Shown: positions 1 through 13,439, numbered from the stretch's first letter. The stretch is DNA of 64,000 nucleotides from Eledone cirrhosa (GCA_964016885.1 OZ024746.1:43214001-43278000); one strand, 5' to 3'. Notes: generated by a model not told the origin, from the sequence alone. Made by a program: numbers and translations.

Positions 1-1419
1 TTTTTTAATTCAAGTCAGTTTTAATTTGTAGTGTGATGATTACAAAACAAGAATAATTAATTATATTATTGACTATCTATTTTTTTACCTCTATTTTTCT
101 ATTGAATATTATTTCCGATCTCAGTATTCTGAGTTAAAATCACACTAACATCCATGGTGAATATAATAATAATGTAATACAGTACACAATTCAATAGACT
201 ATCATATACTCATAAACGAATATGGATAGGAAAATAAAATGTATATTAACATTTATTCATATGTAAATAGTGCAACTTAAAACAATCGCTAATAAGAATT
301 GATCCATGTTTTCTGAGCAGAGTAACAGATATTTACTTTGATAGCTTCTGAATTTATCACATTTTCTTTTGAATTGATTTATCTCCATTTATCTATATCA
401 TTTATTGTATATATCAGTATATCCATGTGCTCTTGAGACAGTTGCTAAGGAGACTATTCATCAATGCAATAATTGTGCAAGTGAATTTTCAACAACTGAA
501 TTGTATAATAGTGTATACATTTCTGAGGGTTTTTTAATTTTTTACAGGTCTCTGGTAAATATTGATCTAATATAATTGATGCTACTTAAATCAGATAGTA
601 TATTTAGTAAAACTAATATTAGCTTAAATTAACCTGTAGGGAATCTAAACACAAGACTCTAAGACAACATTTGCTGTTATTAGCTCAATGGCTGTGTGGA
701 TACTATACTAAGTTAACAGTTTATTGGTACCCAATATCATTTAAGCAGGTAACAAAACATTGAATGAATTTGGAGATATTATCAAGATCCCAATTTGAAG
801 AAAATATGAAATACGTTTAAAATGACAGGCTAGATCTATCATTTGTGACTTCATCATATCTTAATAAAAGTTAGAAGTTCAGAAGCACAATTGAAATAGA
901 ATAGCACATTTAACATTGTTAGTAACATTGTACTAATTCATATAGGTAAATATTTAATATTTAAATATAGTTTATCATACAATAAGTTATTCTGACAAAA
1001 TACTTCCTGTATGTATTGTATTTAACATGTAGTTTTATATATAAAAATACAATAATGCTTTCATTGCCATTTTCTAAAAATGAATGGTATAATAATTACA
1101 TTGTATTCATGAAATTAGGCAAGTGTCTTGCATTTGTTTACAAATACAGAAGACAATTACTGCTTAGTGTCATTGTTGATGGTTTCAGGAATATTGTTTA
1201 GCAAAGCAAATTCTACATTGCTAATTTTCTTAAATTGGAAGATAAAGGGGAAAATTAACAATTTTGCAAAAAGGATTTTATTTCATATATAATATATACC
1301 TTTTAAGATTTATTTGAAAATATGATAGATTGTGTTATATTGAGAATAAAAAGTAAATTGAATGTAATATAATAGAGGTATTTTGAAAAATAAATTTATA
1401 AGAGTAAATAATACTGCAA

Positions 1420-1740
1420 TCATCACCATCATCATCGTCGTTTAACGTCTATTTTCCACAAGAGCACGGCTGAGACCGTTTGTCCCATTTGAGGCAAATC
1501 AGGTTGGGTGACCATATCTTGCTCATACAGAACTGTTTCTGGCTTGGTTTCTACAACTGGATGCCCTTCCACATTTAGAGTGTGTGCTGGGTGCTTTTTG
1601 TCATGACACCTATATGAGTACTTTAGGGGTGGACTAAGTGAATTTTTGTCATAACTCCTACATGACCACTTTACAGTGTGGACTAGATGCTTTTTGTCAT
1701 GACACCTACATGGCCACTTTAGAGTCTGGTCTAGGTGCAA
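1420..1740 (-). mobile_element. RTE-type 3'UTR / SINE tail fragment containing ~3.5 copies of a 48-bp unit
   Basis: (CAT)n followed by cgtttaacgtctattttcca is the reverse complement of the RTE terminus at 30440-30480 and 62430-62470. It shares ctggatgcccttcc with 6237 and 48643. Repeat units start at 1574, 1622, 1670 and 1718. Confidence 0.8.
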
Positions 1741-1839
1741 TGCTTATGACTATTACAAAGTATTACATTAGTATCAGGCATACTATGGTTGGGTTTTGTT
1801 CTAAAAGTATAGCAATAGTTGTAGCTTGACCTATTACTA

Positions 1840-2090
1840 TCATCATTTTACGTACATGTATTTATGCTTGCATGAGTTAGACAAACTCTTTCCAGAGTAG
1901 CCTCCCTCCTCATGTGGCATTCCTTCGACATGTCTCTATGAGTCAGCAGTTTGAGATCAACCCTAGCCACCTTGGCCTAGGTTTTTGTCAGTTTTCTTCA
2001 ATTGCAGCTTCCTTCCACTAGCATCACTTGACATTTTCTCACCCAGCAACCATCATCCAAATGCATGTCCATAATAGTACAGTTTTCTCA
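1840..2090 (-). mobile_element. Decayed RTE LINE 3' end
   Basis: The minus strand gives remnants like GH..(M)DDGCWVRKCQVMLVEGSC and RVDLKLL, matching the C-terminus of the RTE at 30230-30416. A tgcttgcatg and catcat tail follows. Confidence 0.65.
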
Positions 2091-5000
2091 GGTACCATGA
2101 AAAATTTCATTTATTTCACGAGAGAAAGCCAAACTATGCTCAATTCATTCCAAAAATTTCATTTCTCAAGAATGAAAGAATATATATTATAAGAAGGATG
2201 GGGAAGAGGGTGAAAAGAAGAAAGAGGAGAAGGTAGAAGTTGAATAGAAAAAAGGAAAAAAAATTTCTTGAAAATATTAGAAAACTATGCCTTACAAATT
2301 TTTTCTCCATCAGTGAAAAACTTCCACTTTGGCCAATACTAAAAGAATGTGATAGGTAGCTACTTTCATTGTCAAACTTTTTCTAACAAATATAGTTTGC
2401 TTTTTATATTTTCCTATTTTTTTAATTGTGTATTATTTCTGTAACTCAGACCCCCAAAACTAGTTTCAGTTTTCCTTCTATTTTAGTCTGAGGTGAATTT
2501 CTGTGTTTATGAAATTATATCTTCTATTATGTGAGAAACTATTTTCACAAACAATGCACAACAGGACTCACTGTAAATAACACCTAATTTTCCTTACTTT
2601 CCATTGAATTTATGTTTACTGTTACTTTATACTTTGCTTTTGCACAGTGATAGATAAAGTAGAACCATGCCTTAATTTTAAAATAAAGTACAAACTAAAA
2701 AATGTTCATAAAAAAACAAATACAACATACCTCTGTAGTATAGGAATGTCAAATGTAAACTGACGGGTAAAAAAGCTGTTGACACTGGCCTCAATATCAA
2801 ACATATTGAACACTTATGAATGACTTCACAATGCACTATTTCTAATCATCCAGTGTACCACTTTGACTTATGCACTATATGTTGATCATCCCTACTTACA
2901 ATCAATACATATGGGAAAGGAGGCAAATATGGTCAGGTTTTTGTTAGTACAATGATTGGAAGATTCTAGAACCCAATGAAAATAATCTGTGAATTTTCTC
3001 AGTTATGCTTTATAATAACTTCTGCTTAAACAAAGAAATAGCTAAAGGAGGTAAATTTCTAAAAAACAATCTATTTACTTTACTAAGGAGATATTGTGAA
3101 GATGTTACAATAGCCTCCTTTCATTTCATTTAATGGAAGAGGTTTTTGAAATTCATAACAAAAATTTATGTGTAATAAATTTATTTTATTAAGTTTATAT
3201 TAATCTAAATTTGGTCTGAATCAAAGAAGGACTATACCCCAAATGTCAGTATTCACCTCTCATGATACCACATGCATTTCTGTTATTTTACAAATTGTAT
3301 TAATACATGTGTTTAATTTATTTTTATAATTATTTATTAGTTTCTTTTATGTTAAGACTTTTTCCATTTGAAATATAAAATACTTTTCTAGTATATTTTC
3401 ATGTTTCAGAATAAAGTGACTTTATATAAACTAGTATCATGTTTCCCAGTTACATGACCAAATACAAAATGGCTACAAAGAAAAGCCTGTCATACTGGAA
3501 GCTCTTTACAGTTGATTTCATCTAAGCTGCCCTTCACTAAAATCTGCCGTCTGTCTATAGAAGGGTTGGCATATTGAACATTTCTGACTTATTTTTTATC
3601 CTGACAGAACTTTTGTTATTTACAGTCTATTTCAATAGTGTATCCATTTGTAAGAGCATAACGACTGTTTCTGACAATCTATTTATCTTTGTCTATGTGC
3701 ATTTAAATAAACCATTTTGACCTTCTGTAAGTGTCAGCTTTGTCATTTTGTTTTTTATAATAATCTATATAGAAACATTTTTACAAATCATTTTCTTATT
3801 TTTCTTTACCATCAATTCTAAACATAAATATATCTTTATATTTTATAAGTAATGTAAGAAATAGAAGTTTAATTGGAAATATATACTATAACAAATGATA
3901 CCTGTAAAGTTTGTTTATAGATATTAATGTTGTTTAATGATATATAATAATTTTAACAAAGGAGACGCTAAAGAGATTTTGTTTATGATTTTAATTTGTC
4001 TGAAGAAGGAAGCTTCAAAGAAGGAAGCTTCAAAGTTCAAGGATGCAACTCAGAGAAGAATTGAATTTCTGAGTCTAATTTCAAAAGAAACTTTGGAATG
4101 AATCACAAAGACTTTGCTAAATACAAATCATTTCACTGTTTTTAGTATTTTTGACATATCAAACATTTGAGAAGTTAAATGTATATTCAAAAGCTTTCTA
4201 GTTTTGCAAGATAACATAAGCAATCACAACATTTTGGGTAAAAAATTATTAAAGTTTATCATATTTATTCCCATCATTTCTTTTATAGCATTAAGAAATA
4301 TAATGCATATAAGTATATGCTTTGAAAGTACATAGATATTCATTTAAATTAATTTTTTTCTCAATACAAATTCACATTTAAACTAAAAATAATTTTTGCA
4401 GATTGTAACTTAGCTAGATATTAAGTGTTTGCTTATTTGATGACTAGTGCAACTTTTCTAAACAACATTGTTCTTAACATTGATAAAAACATGACTTATG
4501 TAACCTTTTCTAATAATGACTTCTTTTTTCTTTTTTTGACTCATTAATAACCATTCTATAATGTTACAATATTGTAGATTGCAGTGTTTTCCTGTGCCTC
4601 GGGTCATCAGAAATACAGAGAAAATCTGAATTCTACTTATGTAATATTATATTGGGTATCAGACAATCCTATTTTGATAGATATTACTTTCCAGTAACAC
4701 AGAATACATTGTGTCTAAATTATATTGTATTGATTTAGCTGTAAAGATCAAGGCCATTTAGTTATTTTCCATTTTTTTAAATGGGATGGAACCAATCTAG
4801 ATCCATTATAGTTAAAATGGTAGAATTAAAAATATTTCTATTATTTTTCGTGAAAGAATGTTCTCCATTGTTACTTTGGAGATGGGATAAGGTCGTATGT
4901 CGCATCAGTGATTTTGTGTTTTTTTTTTTTTATAGGAGTACAGATTCTGTTGAGAGAAGCGGTAATTGTGTAAACTAATTATTTCTCTGATTTCACTCAG

Positions 5001-6099
5001 TCGCATCCTCTCAATCAAGTTATAATGTTGATAGTTAGTAAGTTTCACAAATGTTCAGCAATGTCTTTTCAAAGATGGCCCCTAGAAAATTTATAACTGC
5101 TTTCGGATTGCATTACTGATAGCAAGAATTAAAATATTTACCATTCTTGAAAGATAGAGTGTTTCATTGAACTCACATTTCATATATTATTAATTTTAAG
5201 TTTGTAAATGGCACATATCTTAGGGAACCCCATCAAATGATTAAGTGTATTTAGTTTGGAGCTTATATATCATCATTTCTAAATATGTTCAATATAGTCT
5301 TTTATTTCCCTGGAGTAATTCATTAGCAATGAGATATTTCGTTTTCATATAAAATAGATATATGTAAAACATTTGGAAGAGTTTTTGTATGCAACATATA
5401 TAACAGTGAGTCAACAATTACAATGTGTGTTAACACTGTATTTACAATATCTGTAGTAACTTTGTCAGTATTTATCTTACTTTGCAAAATACACATAGTA
5501 AAATATATATATAGTAACATAGTATAATTTTGTTGTGCATTACAATAGATACAAGGCATCATGTTTTGAAGGTTGAAATTTGAAGAAGCCATTTATTCAA
5601 AATATTTATTAGATAGCAGGAATCCCAAACAACAGATAAAGATCATCAACCAGAACTAATTCATTAAGTAAAATGTCATTCAGAAGAACTAGAAGTGTAG
5701 CAAAACACAAGAGAAAAAAGAAATCAATGAATAAATAAAGTAAATTTTATCAGCACAGCTGGGAAAATTTTCTTAGAGCTTCATAGAGTATTGATAATGT
5801 TTAGACTTTGCACTTTCTCATTTTACTAAATTTGCAAAAAACTTTATCAATGGAAAGAGTAATTTCTCAAAATACCAAACAGCAAACATTGGCGACAAGA
5901 GAAATATTTTAACACAAATAATTGAATACTCTATCTTGGCAAGATGAATATTTTGATGAAATATCAATTATCAGTTAACAATGTGGAATTATTTTGGGTG
6001 ACTGAAACAAAAATAATATAAAAAAGCATATTTAAGTTTTACATGAATGATTTTGAAATTGTCTTAGATGTAAATGTGGAAAATGAAGAAGCAATAATG

Positions 6100-6530
6100 A
6101 TAACATCATCATCACCGATTTACGTGCATTCTTCCATGCTAGCATGGGTTAGATGGGTTGTCCTGTTGTGGGCAGTGTCCGGTCGGCTGACCTTGTCTTG
6201 CTCATACAGGAACTGATTCTGGCTTGATTTCTACAGCTGGATGCCCTTCCTAACACCAACCTCATTTACAGTGAGTGCTATTTTCCGTGGCGCCTACACG
6301 TCCGCTTTACAGTGTGGGCTGGGTGCTTTTTGACGTGACACCTTCACAACCACTTTGCAGTGGAATGATAGGGACCCCTAGTCCTATCATCTCATTTCTA
6401 CATCTGAGTAAACTGGAGCAATGTGAAATAAAGTGTCTTGCTCAAGGAAACATCGCATTACCTGGTCCAAGAATTGACCTCACAACCTTTCGATTGCACG
6501 CCCAATGCCACTAAGCCATGCACCTTCATA
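6100..6530 (-). mobile_element. Near full-length tRNA-derived SINE (CORE-like centre, RTE-derived tail)
   Basis: Minus strand has an A-box-like tggcttagtgg, a B-box-like ggtcaattct, and a CORE-like ccttgagcaagacactttatttcacattgctccag. These are followed by the 48-bp units, ggaagggcatccagc and a (GAT)n tail. Confidence 0.8.
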
Positions 6531-8109
6531 ACAGTAATAATAATTCTGTATGCAAACATGAATGAAAAGTGAATATTTTGACTAAGTCAAAAAATGGTTT
6601 TAAAACCCATCTCAATTGTAAGATTACTGTCTGTTCTATCAACACATTTGATTGCTAGTCGTAACATATGACTTTGAACTTGACTATGATAGATATAGAT
6701 TTATTCCCTAAAATAACAAGGTACTAATAACACATCAGGAAACAATATAAGAAGGCTGTTATTAATGTTACCCACTGCTTCTCTAATGTACAGGAAGGCC
6801 TGCTACATGACTTTGTGGACTCTGAATGTAGCAAGAGGTTTATATGAACAGTTACACACTTCTTTTAAAAGAGAGGTTTAGAATTTGAACAGCTAATGTC
6901 AAATTCTAAAGCAGCCACAAAAAGGGTACATACTGATAGAAGGCACATAATTCAATCAAGCTGAAAAAGTAAACATGGAGATACATAAGTCTGGCCACAC
7001 AATTCTATCTGCTTCAATAACAATTTAGGAAGTACTAAAATTATCCTCCACCTGCCTAAGAAAATAATGAGAATGTTATACTGATATCATGTAATAAACC
7101 TGGAATCCATTTACAAGAAAAATTACAATAACATACTAATTACTGACACAGTAATACCAAATGCCCATGATATGCAGGAATTAGTTGAAAAACTAAGGAT
7201 TTAAAACCATTATAGCAGTTAAGGAATGTGTCTATCACCCAATTTATAGATAATATACACATAGATACATTCCAGAAAATAGTAATATTAAGATTGATAA
7301 ATTCTTAATATCTTTGATAACCTTGAAACTTTTTATGAATGTTTTCCAATGTATAACTAAATCTTGTTTAGAAACGAACAACCTCTTGTATATTTTACAT
7401 ACCATGAATTATAAAATGATAATCATAATAAATATTGTAAATACAAAAAGTAAGAGATGTTGTTGCAGCACTTCAAGGATTGTTTTATTATCAATACTGA
7501 TGTGCAATGGACTTGGAACTAAACTGTATTTCATCATATATTTATATTCAAAAGAACAGTAAACATCATCTACTCCTTTTAGCATACTTCATGCGATATA
7601 ATTGGCTTAAATATTTTGTACAGGGGGAAATGACAATGATAATTTTCTGTATAATTACTCTTTTTCTTAATTAGTAATCTAAAATCTTTAGCACTGCTCC
7701 AACACATCATTGAATTATAGTAAATTATTTTTATTAAAGTACAAAATGTAGTCAATGCAAAAACATTGCATTATATATTTCTGGAATTAAATGTAAAATA
7801 CGTCAAACAATTGGGAAAATGGATTTGGCTAGAAATAAAATATTCTCTTTTGAAAATAAAAAATATAAAACAGGATAAAAATTGATTAGCTCACAGGCTA
7901 GAATTAGTGATTTATTAGCAATTAAGAATTTCTAGTATTTCCTGTAAGTTGTTACATGTAATATAAAAATGGATTACTCCATCTAGTATGTGGGGCTATT
8001 AACATCGATAAAATATCATTTCAGATTGATGAATCTATTAGCTATATACATTTCTTAAAAATTCATTTATTTTAGCTAAGAATTTGTTAACAGCAATATC
8101 AATGCACAT

Positions 8110-8154
8110 CAATGTATTATTGTGCACTATGAAATAGTGCACAATAATACATTG
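8110..8154. repeat. Perfect 21-bp hairpin with GAA loop
   Basis: caatgtattattgtgcactat-gaa-atagtgcacaataatacattg. Confidence 0.95.
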
Positions 8155-8194
8155 CTTTTGATAAAATAGTTTGTTCAATTTTTATTTCTAACAT

Positions 8195-8395
8195 CAAATA
8201 TTGGACAGATTCCATTTTGTGCCACTCCCCATTGATGCCTCTGGTGTCCTTAGTACCATCACAGCCATTTTCCACAACAAAAATGGGATACAAATATCAC
8301 ATGACAAATAACCCCCATGAAATGACTCATGCAGCAGATATTGATGGTTGGTCTTCATGATAACATTTTTATCATTTTGTACAAGAGACATAGTT
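8195..8395 (-). mobile_element. Possible highly decayed RTE-clade RT fragment
   Basis: ORF 8194-8391 (HESFHGGYLS...PFLLWKMAVMVLRT...GTKWNL) loosely resembles RTE RT segments such as VVHGGxLS and SPFLFLLxIDWxM...GIxW. Weak. Confidence 0.3.
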
Positions 8396-9762
8396 AAGAT
8401 ATCTATCTCACCAAGATTTGTCTTCCTTTTTGTTTGCTGTTTTATCTTGCTCTTAATTGTTTTAGGAATTTTAAATAATGAATTTTTTTAATTTCCATCT
8501 AAAAATATATAACAATTGTTTGAAGAAATTTAAAGTAAATTCAACACAAATATGAAAAATATTTAGATCTTTCTAAATATATTGGGTAAATATTTTATTT
8601 ACTCAGTAAAACAGAAAAATAGATTTTATAGACCAAAATATTTTCTTTATTATATTATATGATATACAAATACGAAAATTTGAATAAATAAATACATTGT
8701 AATTCAATGAAAATGTGATAGTGTAAAATATTAAAATTTCTAAACTTCACTACCTATTCCTTTCCTGTAATTGACTGAAAAGTCAGACAAAGCTATTGGA
8801 GCATGTACTGACAGGGCTTACTCTGACCCCCAACTCAATCAAATCTGATTTATCCAAAAATTCAGTCTCTTACATTCACTTGCTCAATTCACACTTGATG
8901 TATAATAACAAACTATTTGTTGTCACTCCTATAAACTAATATTCCTATACAAATGATACAATTATACATGATTGTTTAAACTTCTGTACACATCCAGACA
9001 ACAAAATACCTCCTGCCAGATCTGAAATGTATCCATAAATGTAGACCTAGAAAAATGTTAATTAGGAGTGTGCAAACCTAGACTCTTACACTAACTACAT
9101 GTTAAACACTGTCATAGGCTTTCATCTCAGAGCTGCATCTTTCTATAGTCTCTTTCCTGTCTGTGATTTTCCTACAGATATCAACCTAGAAATATCAATC
9201 ACATTGATCCCCTTACTGTGGCATAGTGTGCAAATATCAGTGGCCTCTTCTTCTATGACAAATTTAGAAAAATGTTACGCCTTCTAAAGCAATTTCCTAA
9301 CTTTGAATATAAAGTAATGTACATGTTTTCCTATTTTTTCAAATTACATGACTTTTGTAAAAAATTTATATTTCTTTTATATCTTATGAGAAATTATGGC
9401 TAATATTTATGACCTCTACTTCCATTTAAATGTCAACATCAATACCATCAAATTTAGATTCATGTTTTAATGAAATAATTGGTTGTAGTGACCATTAATT
9501 AAAATAGTTTGGTGATATAATTGCATTGAACTAGAAAACAAAAGTGTTTATGATATAATATAATTTTTTTTAGTAATATCTATTATAGAAAACACACAGA
9601 GAAAATAATTTGAAATACATATAAAAAAAAAAAATCTTGATTGCCTATGGATATGCAAATAGATTACATTTATTTACCAATTTTTGATTCCAAATGTTTA
9701 CAATCCAGAATGGTATTACCAATATTTGAAACATGTTAAAACTATTTCTATTATTTTCAATA

Positions 9763-9980
9763 AGGTGGATTGGCAGTATCGGTAGAGGGTTGGACACCAT
9801 GCTTTGTAGCATAGAGTTACAGCCCTTTATGATCTGAGTTCAAATCCCGCTGAGGTTAACTTTGCCTTTCATCCTTACGGGGTCGATAAAATAAAGTACC
9901 AGTCACGTACTGGGGTCGATTTAATCGACTTTCCCCTCTCCCAAAATTGCTGGCCTTGTGTCTATATAAGAAACCATAAT
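9763..9980 (+). mobile_element. tRNA-derived SINE, family 2 (central domain resembles, from memory, the MetaSINE domain); best copy
   Basis: Layout: tggcagtatcggtag (A box), gagttcaaatccc (B box), ctttgcctttcatccttacggggtcgataaaataaagtaccagt, then tgctggccttgtg and aaccataat. At least 10 related copies occur in the window. Confidence 0.85.
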
Positions 9981-10536
9981 TTGCAATAAGTTACACTTTA
10001 GTATGATAAATACAATAATTATACTGTTAAATTTCATTTGTTGTTGTTCACAATCATAGTACTGTTGAAAAATATTGCCTAAAATATTAGACAATTCCTG
10101 TTTCTAATATATTCTAAATTAATAAGTATGAAATTATTGGCATACAAGCAGGAGCATAGTTAAATTTTATGCCACACAGAGCAGTTTCTGCATTTGTCTT
10201 CCTCCACAGAAAGCACAAAACACTATACATTAAAAGTGATAAAAGGTGCTGTCCTCTCATTGCACTCCTTAGCTATGCTACTATACACAAGATACTTTTT
10301 ATGATTGAACTAATTTCAGTAATCAGACCATAATCATGCTGGGATAAAGGATAGCAAAAGGGTGATGAAAGTGAGAGATGGAATAGTCATAGGTAGATGC
10401 AGATGTGAAGGAGAGCAAACTTTTATCTGGTTTATCATGCCTGAAAGCACCAACAGCCATTTCTAAGCAACTGTGTGGGGGCACAATATTCAAGGGATTT
10501 TCTTGATGATGATACTGACCTTACTACATATTTCAT

Positions 10537-10720
10537 TGGATTGGCAGTATCGGTAGATGGTCAGACGCGATGCTTTCCAGCACAGTTACGTCCCTTTACG
10601 ATCTGAGTTAAAATCCCGCCGAGGTTGACTTTGCCTTTCATCTTTACGGGGTCGATAAAATAAAGTACCAGTAATGCACTGGATAATTGCTGGCCTTGTG
10701 CCAAAAGTAGAAACAATTAT
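10537..10720 (+). mobile_element. SINE family 2 copy (internally deleted)
   Basis: Same A/B boxes and gcctttcatc...gtcgataaaataaagtaccag core as 9763-9980. Confidence 0.85.
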
Positions 10721-10879
10721 GTACATATTTAATAAATTTCTATCCATTGAAAATAGACTAAACTTTGACAGAAAAGATTACAATGCTGAACCATTATACT
10801 CTAATATATACAAATATAGAAATCTATACACTTATACACTCACATATGCAGCAGGCTCCACACAGATTGAATGAGATTG

Positions 10880-11000
10880 ACAGATTGACAAGATTCAATG
10901 TATTTGTGAACTCAAGATTGCAGTAGGAAACATTTTCCCGAGGTCCTGCACAGTAAGATCAAATCTGGAACCAGGGGCTACAAAGCTATCTCCTTAACAT
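10880..11000 (-). mobile_element. Decayed tRNA/CORE-type SINE head
   Basis: tttcccgaggtcctgcacagtaagatcaaatctggaacc...ccttaac resembles the reverse complement of a tRNA head plus CORE start. Confidence 0.4.
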
Positions 11001-11889
11001 TTGAGTTGACTCCCATGCTAGGTTACAAAATCCTTCAAAACACATCTAACAGAATACTTTCCCTAACTTTAAATTGTTTTTCTATCACAATTCTCTTGTT
11101 TATATGGTGTTTCTAGAGAGTTAGATCTGCTTACATAATTAGTTTCATATTCAATTTCCTTACTTTATCCAATATTTTTATAATAGCCATCATTTCAAAA
11201 TTCTTTTATAGATTTTCTATGCAAACACCCATGAAGAAAACAGAAGTCTATTCTCAAATATTTATGATTGCGTTTTAAATTTTACTAAAGAAATCTGGTT
11301 TTTTTTTTCAAGACTTTTAATTATTTCCTATTAATAGAAATTTACAAAATGAACATTTTTTCATGAAAAGAAGTGTAATAATTCATAGGAAATTGTTCAG
11401 TCAAGTGTTTTTGAAGGGTCAAAAATCATACCATGATTTCTTTTTACATAAAATAAATTGATTATGCATAAATCATAAAATGAAATTTGCTGTTATAATA
11501 AAAAAGCTACAATAACAGTGGTATAAAAAGAGTAACTTTAAAATTATGAAATTGAACTTGCTTTTTTTTTTATTTCCTCTATAGACATATGTTTCATTAA
11601 AATTCTTTTTTTTTAAATTCTGTGTAAAAGACTATAATACAGATACATTACATTGAATCAAATACAGGTACTGTTATTTAAAAAAAACAAAATAACTATG
11701 GCATATATTTAAAATCATTCCCAATTTTTGTCTTGAGATAGGAGAGGAAACCATTACAAATTAAATAGCTAAATATCTAATATTGGAATTAAGACAATAA
11801 CTTAGAATTGTAGCTGCATTTTTGTTGGTATTTTAAGAATTTTGTTTGTTAAAATACATACATTGTATTAATTTTGAAATCATTACTTG

Positions 11890-12640
11890 ATTTAATGATA
11901 GTTATTTTCCTTTGATAATGAAAGAATTTAGCCTGAGGTTTTGTTGTGATAAACAGTAAGCTTACAAATGGGGAAACAAACTGTATGGTACAATTGCTAC
12001 ACATATTGATGGTTTCTCTTTTGAAGGAGAAGTTCCTGCTCCAAGTTATGGACAAGCTTCATGAATTATTTCAAGTGAAATCTGAAGAAGCAACAGAGTT
12101 TCAGTATATTGGATTATATATTAAAAAGAATGGGAAGAAACTTATTACAGTAGAAAATAAGAGAAACTTAGCAAGATTGAGTTTACATAAACTAGACAAC
12201 TGACAGATCAACTAAACTAGTTAGTTACATAAACTTGACCAGGTTATATTCATCGTGTGAGGTAAGTTTCGATCTTAAACAAGTTAATAAAACTGTGAAG
12301 AACGGAAAAATAAAAACAAAAAAAAAAACAAATTCAGAAACTTTGATCACCTAAACATCTTTTTCTGCCAATTTGAACGATGAGAGGGTGGGGACCACAA
12401 GGTGGCCATATTCATTTTCTGGCTGGTAACAGAAATATTATATGCCCATTGCTTTAAAATAATTATTCAAAGTATGCTTGCTGGGGAAACTTTAATAGTA
12501 GCTCACATGACGGAAGCATGAATGTTTTTTTTTTTACAGAAAACTATTATTTGGACTGTTATAGTTAACAGATAATATTGAAAATATAGACTAACTTGTA
12601 AAAGATCCAGCTCCAGCCTCTGTGATATAATACACTCAAA
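11890..12640 (+). mobile_element. Decayed Ty1/Copia RT-RNase H fragment, GalEa-like
   Basis: Motifs occur in order across frames: KLYGTIATHIDGF (11978-), DKLHELFQVKSEEATEFQYIGLYI, LTDQLN*LVT*T*P (12200-), QGGHIH (12398-) and IIQSMLAGETL (12463-). They correspond to HVDDF, FxYxGL, GQLNWxxxxTRPD, SQGG and STLAAETLA. Confidence 0.75.
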
Positions 12641-13199
12641 GCTAGATATTTTGTAGCAAATAGTTTGTAATATACAAAAGAAATGTCAAAGAAGATATGG
12701 ATCTCATCTTCTGTACAAATCACACACTTGTATAGCAGTTGGAATGGCTGATGCAGTAGGTTTCACTGTTTGTATTTTGTGGTAATGCTTTTGCTATTTT
12801 GTTCAGGGATGTAGAGTTTCTCTTCTATTCTCCCTTTCTCCATTTTTTTTTCATTATTTAATTTTTTCCTCTCTTTATTTGAGAGGTGGGGATTCATGTT
12901 TTTATTATAAAGACATCCCCAGAAATATCTTAAGAATTACTGTATGTAATTTTATTAAAAGATCCTCATTTTTTTTTTTTTTTTTTTGTCGGTTAATTTT
13001 CCTTATTTAAAGTTTATAGATAGATGTCAATTAGATATTGGCAATATTCAAATATTACTTCTCCTTTATATCAGAATCATATACACTTGTAATTGCTTCA
13101 TCAATCAACTATGTCACACACTATCACAGTCTCTTGCATGCCATAGATATCAGAACCTTATTACATTTTTTTATCACTTTCAATTACTCTTAGAAGGTA

Positions 13200-13439
13200 T
13201 CTAAGGTATCCAAGACATGAGTCTGGGCATGATGTTTTTTGTGGAAGACCAGCAGTTGCCCATGCATGCCAGTCTTCCCATTTCATGCCACCAATCAATT
13301 GCACCTGTGATGCTGCAATTCATTTCCAGCTGAGTGAACTGGAGCAACTTGAAATAAACACACTGTCTGGTATGGGAATTGAACTCACAACCTCATGATT
13401 GTAAATCCAATGCCCTAACCACTAAGCCATATGCCTTCA
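13200..13439 (-). mobile_element. tRNA/CORE-type SINE with a 3' part different from the 6100 copy
   Basis: Minus strand reads tgaaggcatatggcttagtggttaggg...gtgagttcaattccc...ttgctccagttcactcagctg. The head matches 6400-6530. Confidence 0.8.

Noticed and set aside
548-554. 7-nt microexon-like ag|GTCTCTG|gtaaat (similar at 32146-32152)
   Set aside because: Expected by chance in AT-rich sequence; no supporting evidence.
1574-1740. Regularly spaced repeats resembling a CRISPR array
   Set aside because: They are head-to-tail 48-bp units with no unique spacers and no cas genes, in a eukaryotic retroposon tail.
4004-4036. 15-bp tandem duplication aaggaagcttcaaag after CTGAAGA
   Set aside because: A simple slippage duplication with no ribozyme architecture.
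4575-4615. Minus-strand CTGATGA...GAAA
   Set aside because: No credible helix I or helix II pairing.
9763-9860. tRNA-like A/B boxes here and at 6470-6530, 13370-13439 and 29355-29378
   Set aside because: They are SINE heads; no complete cloverleaf is present.
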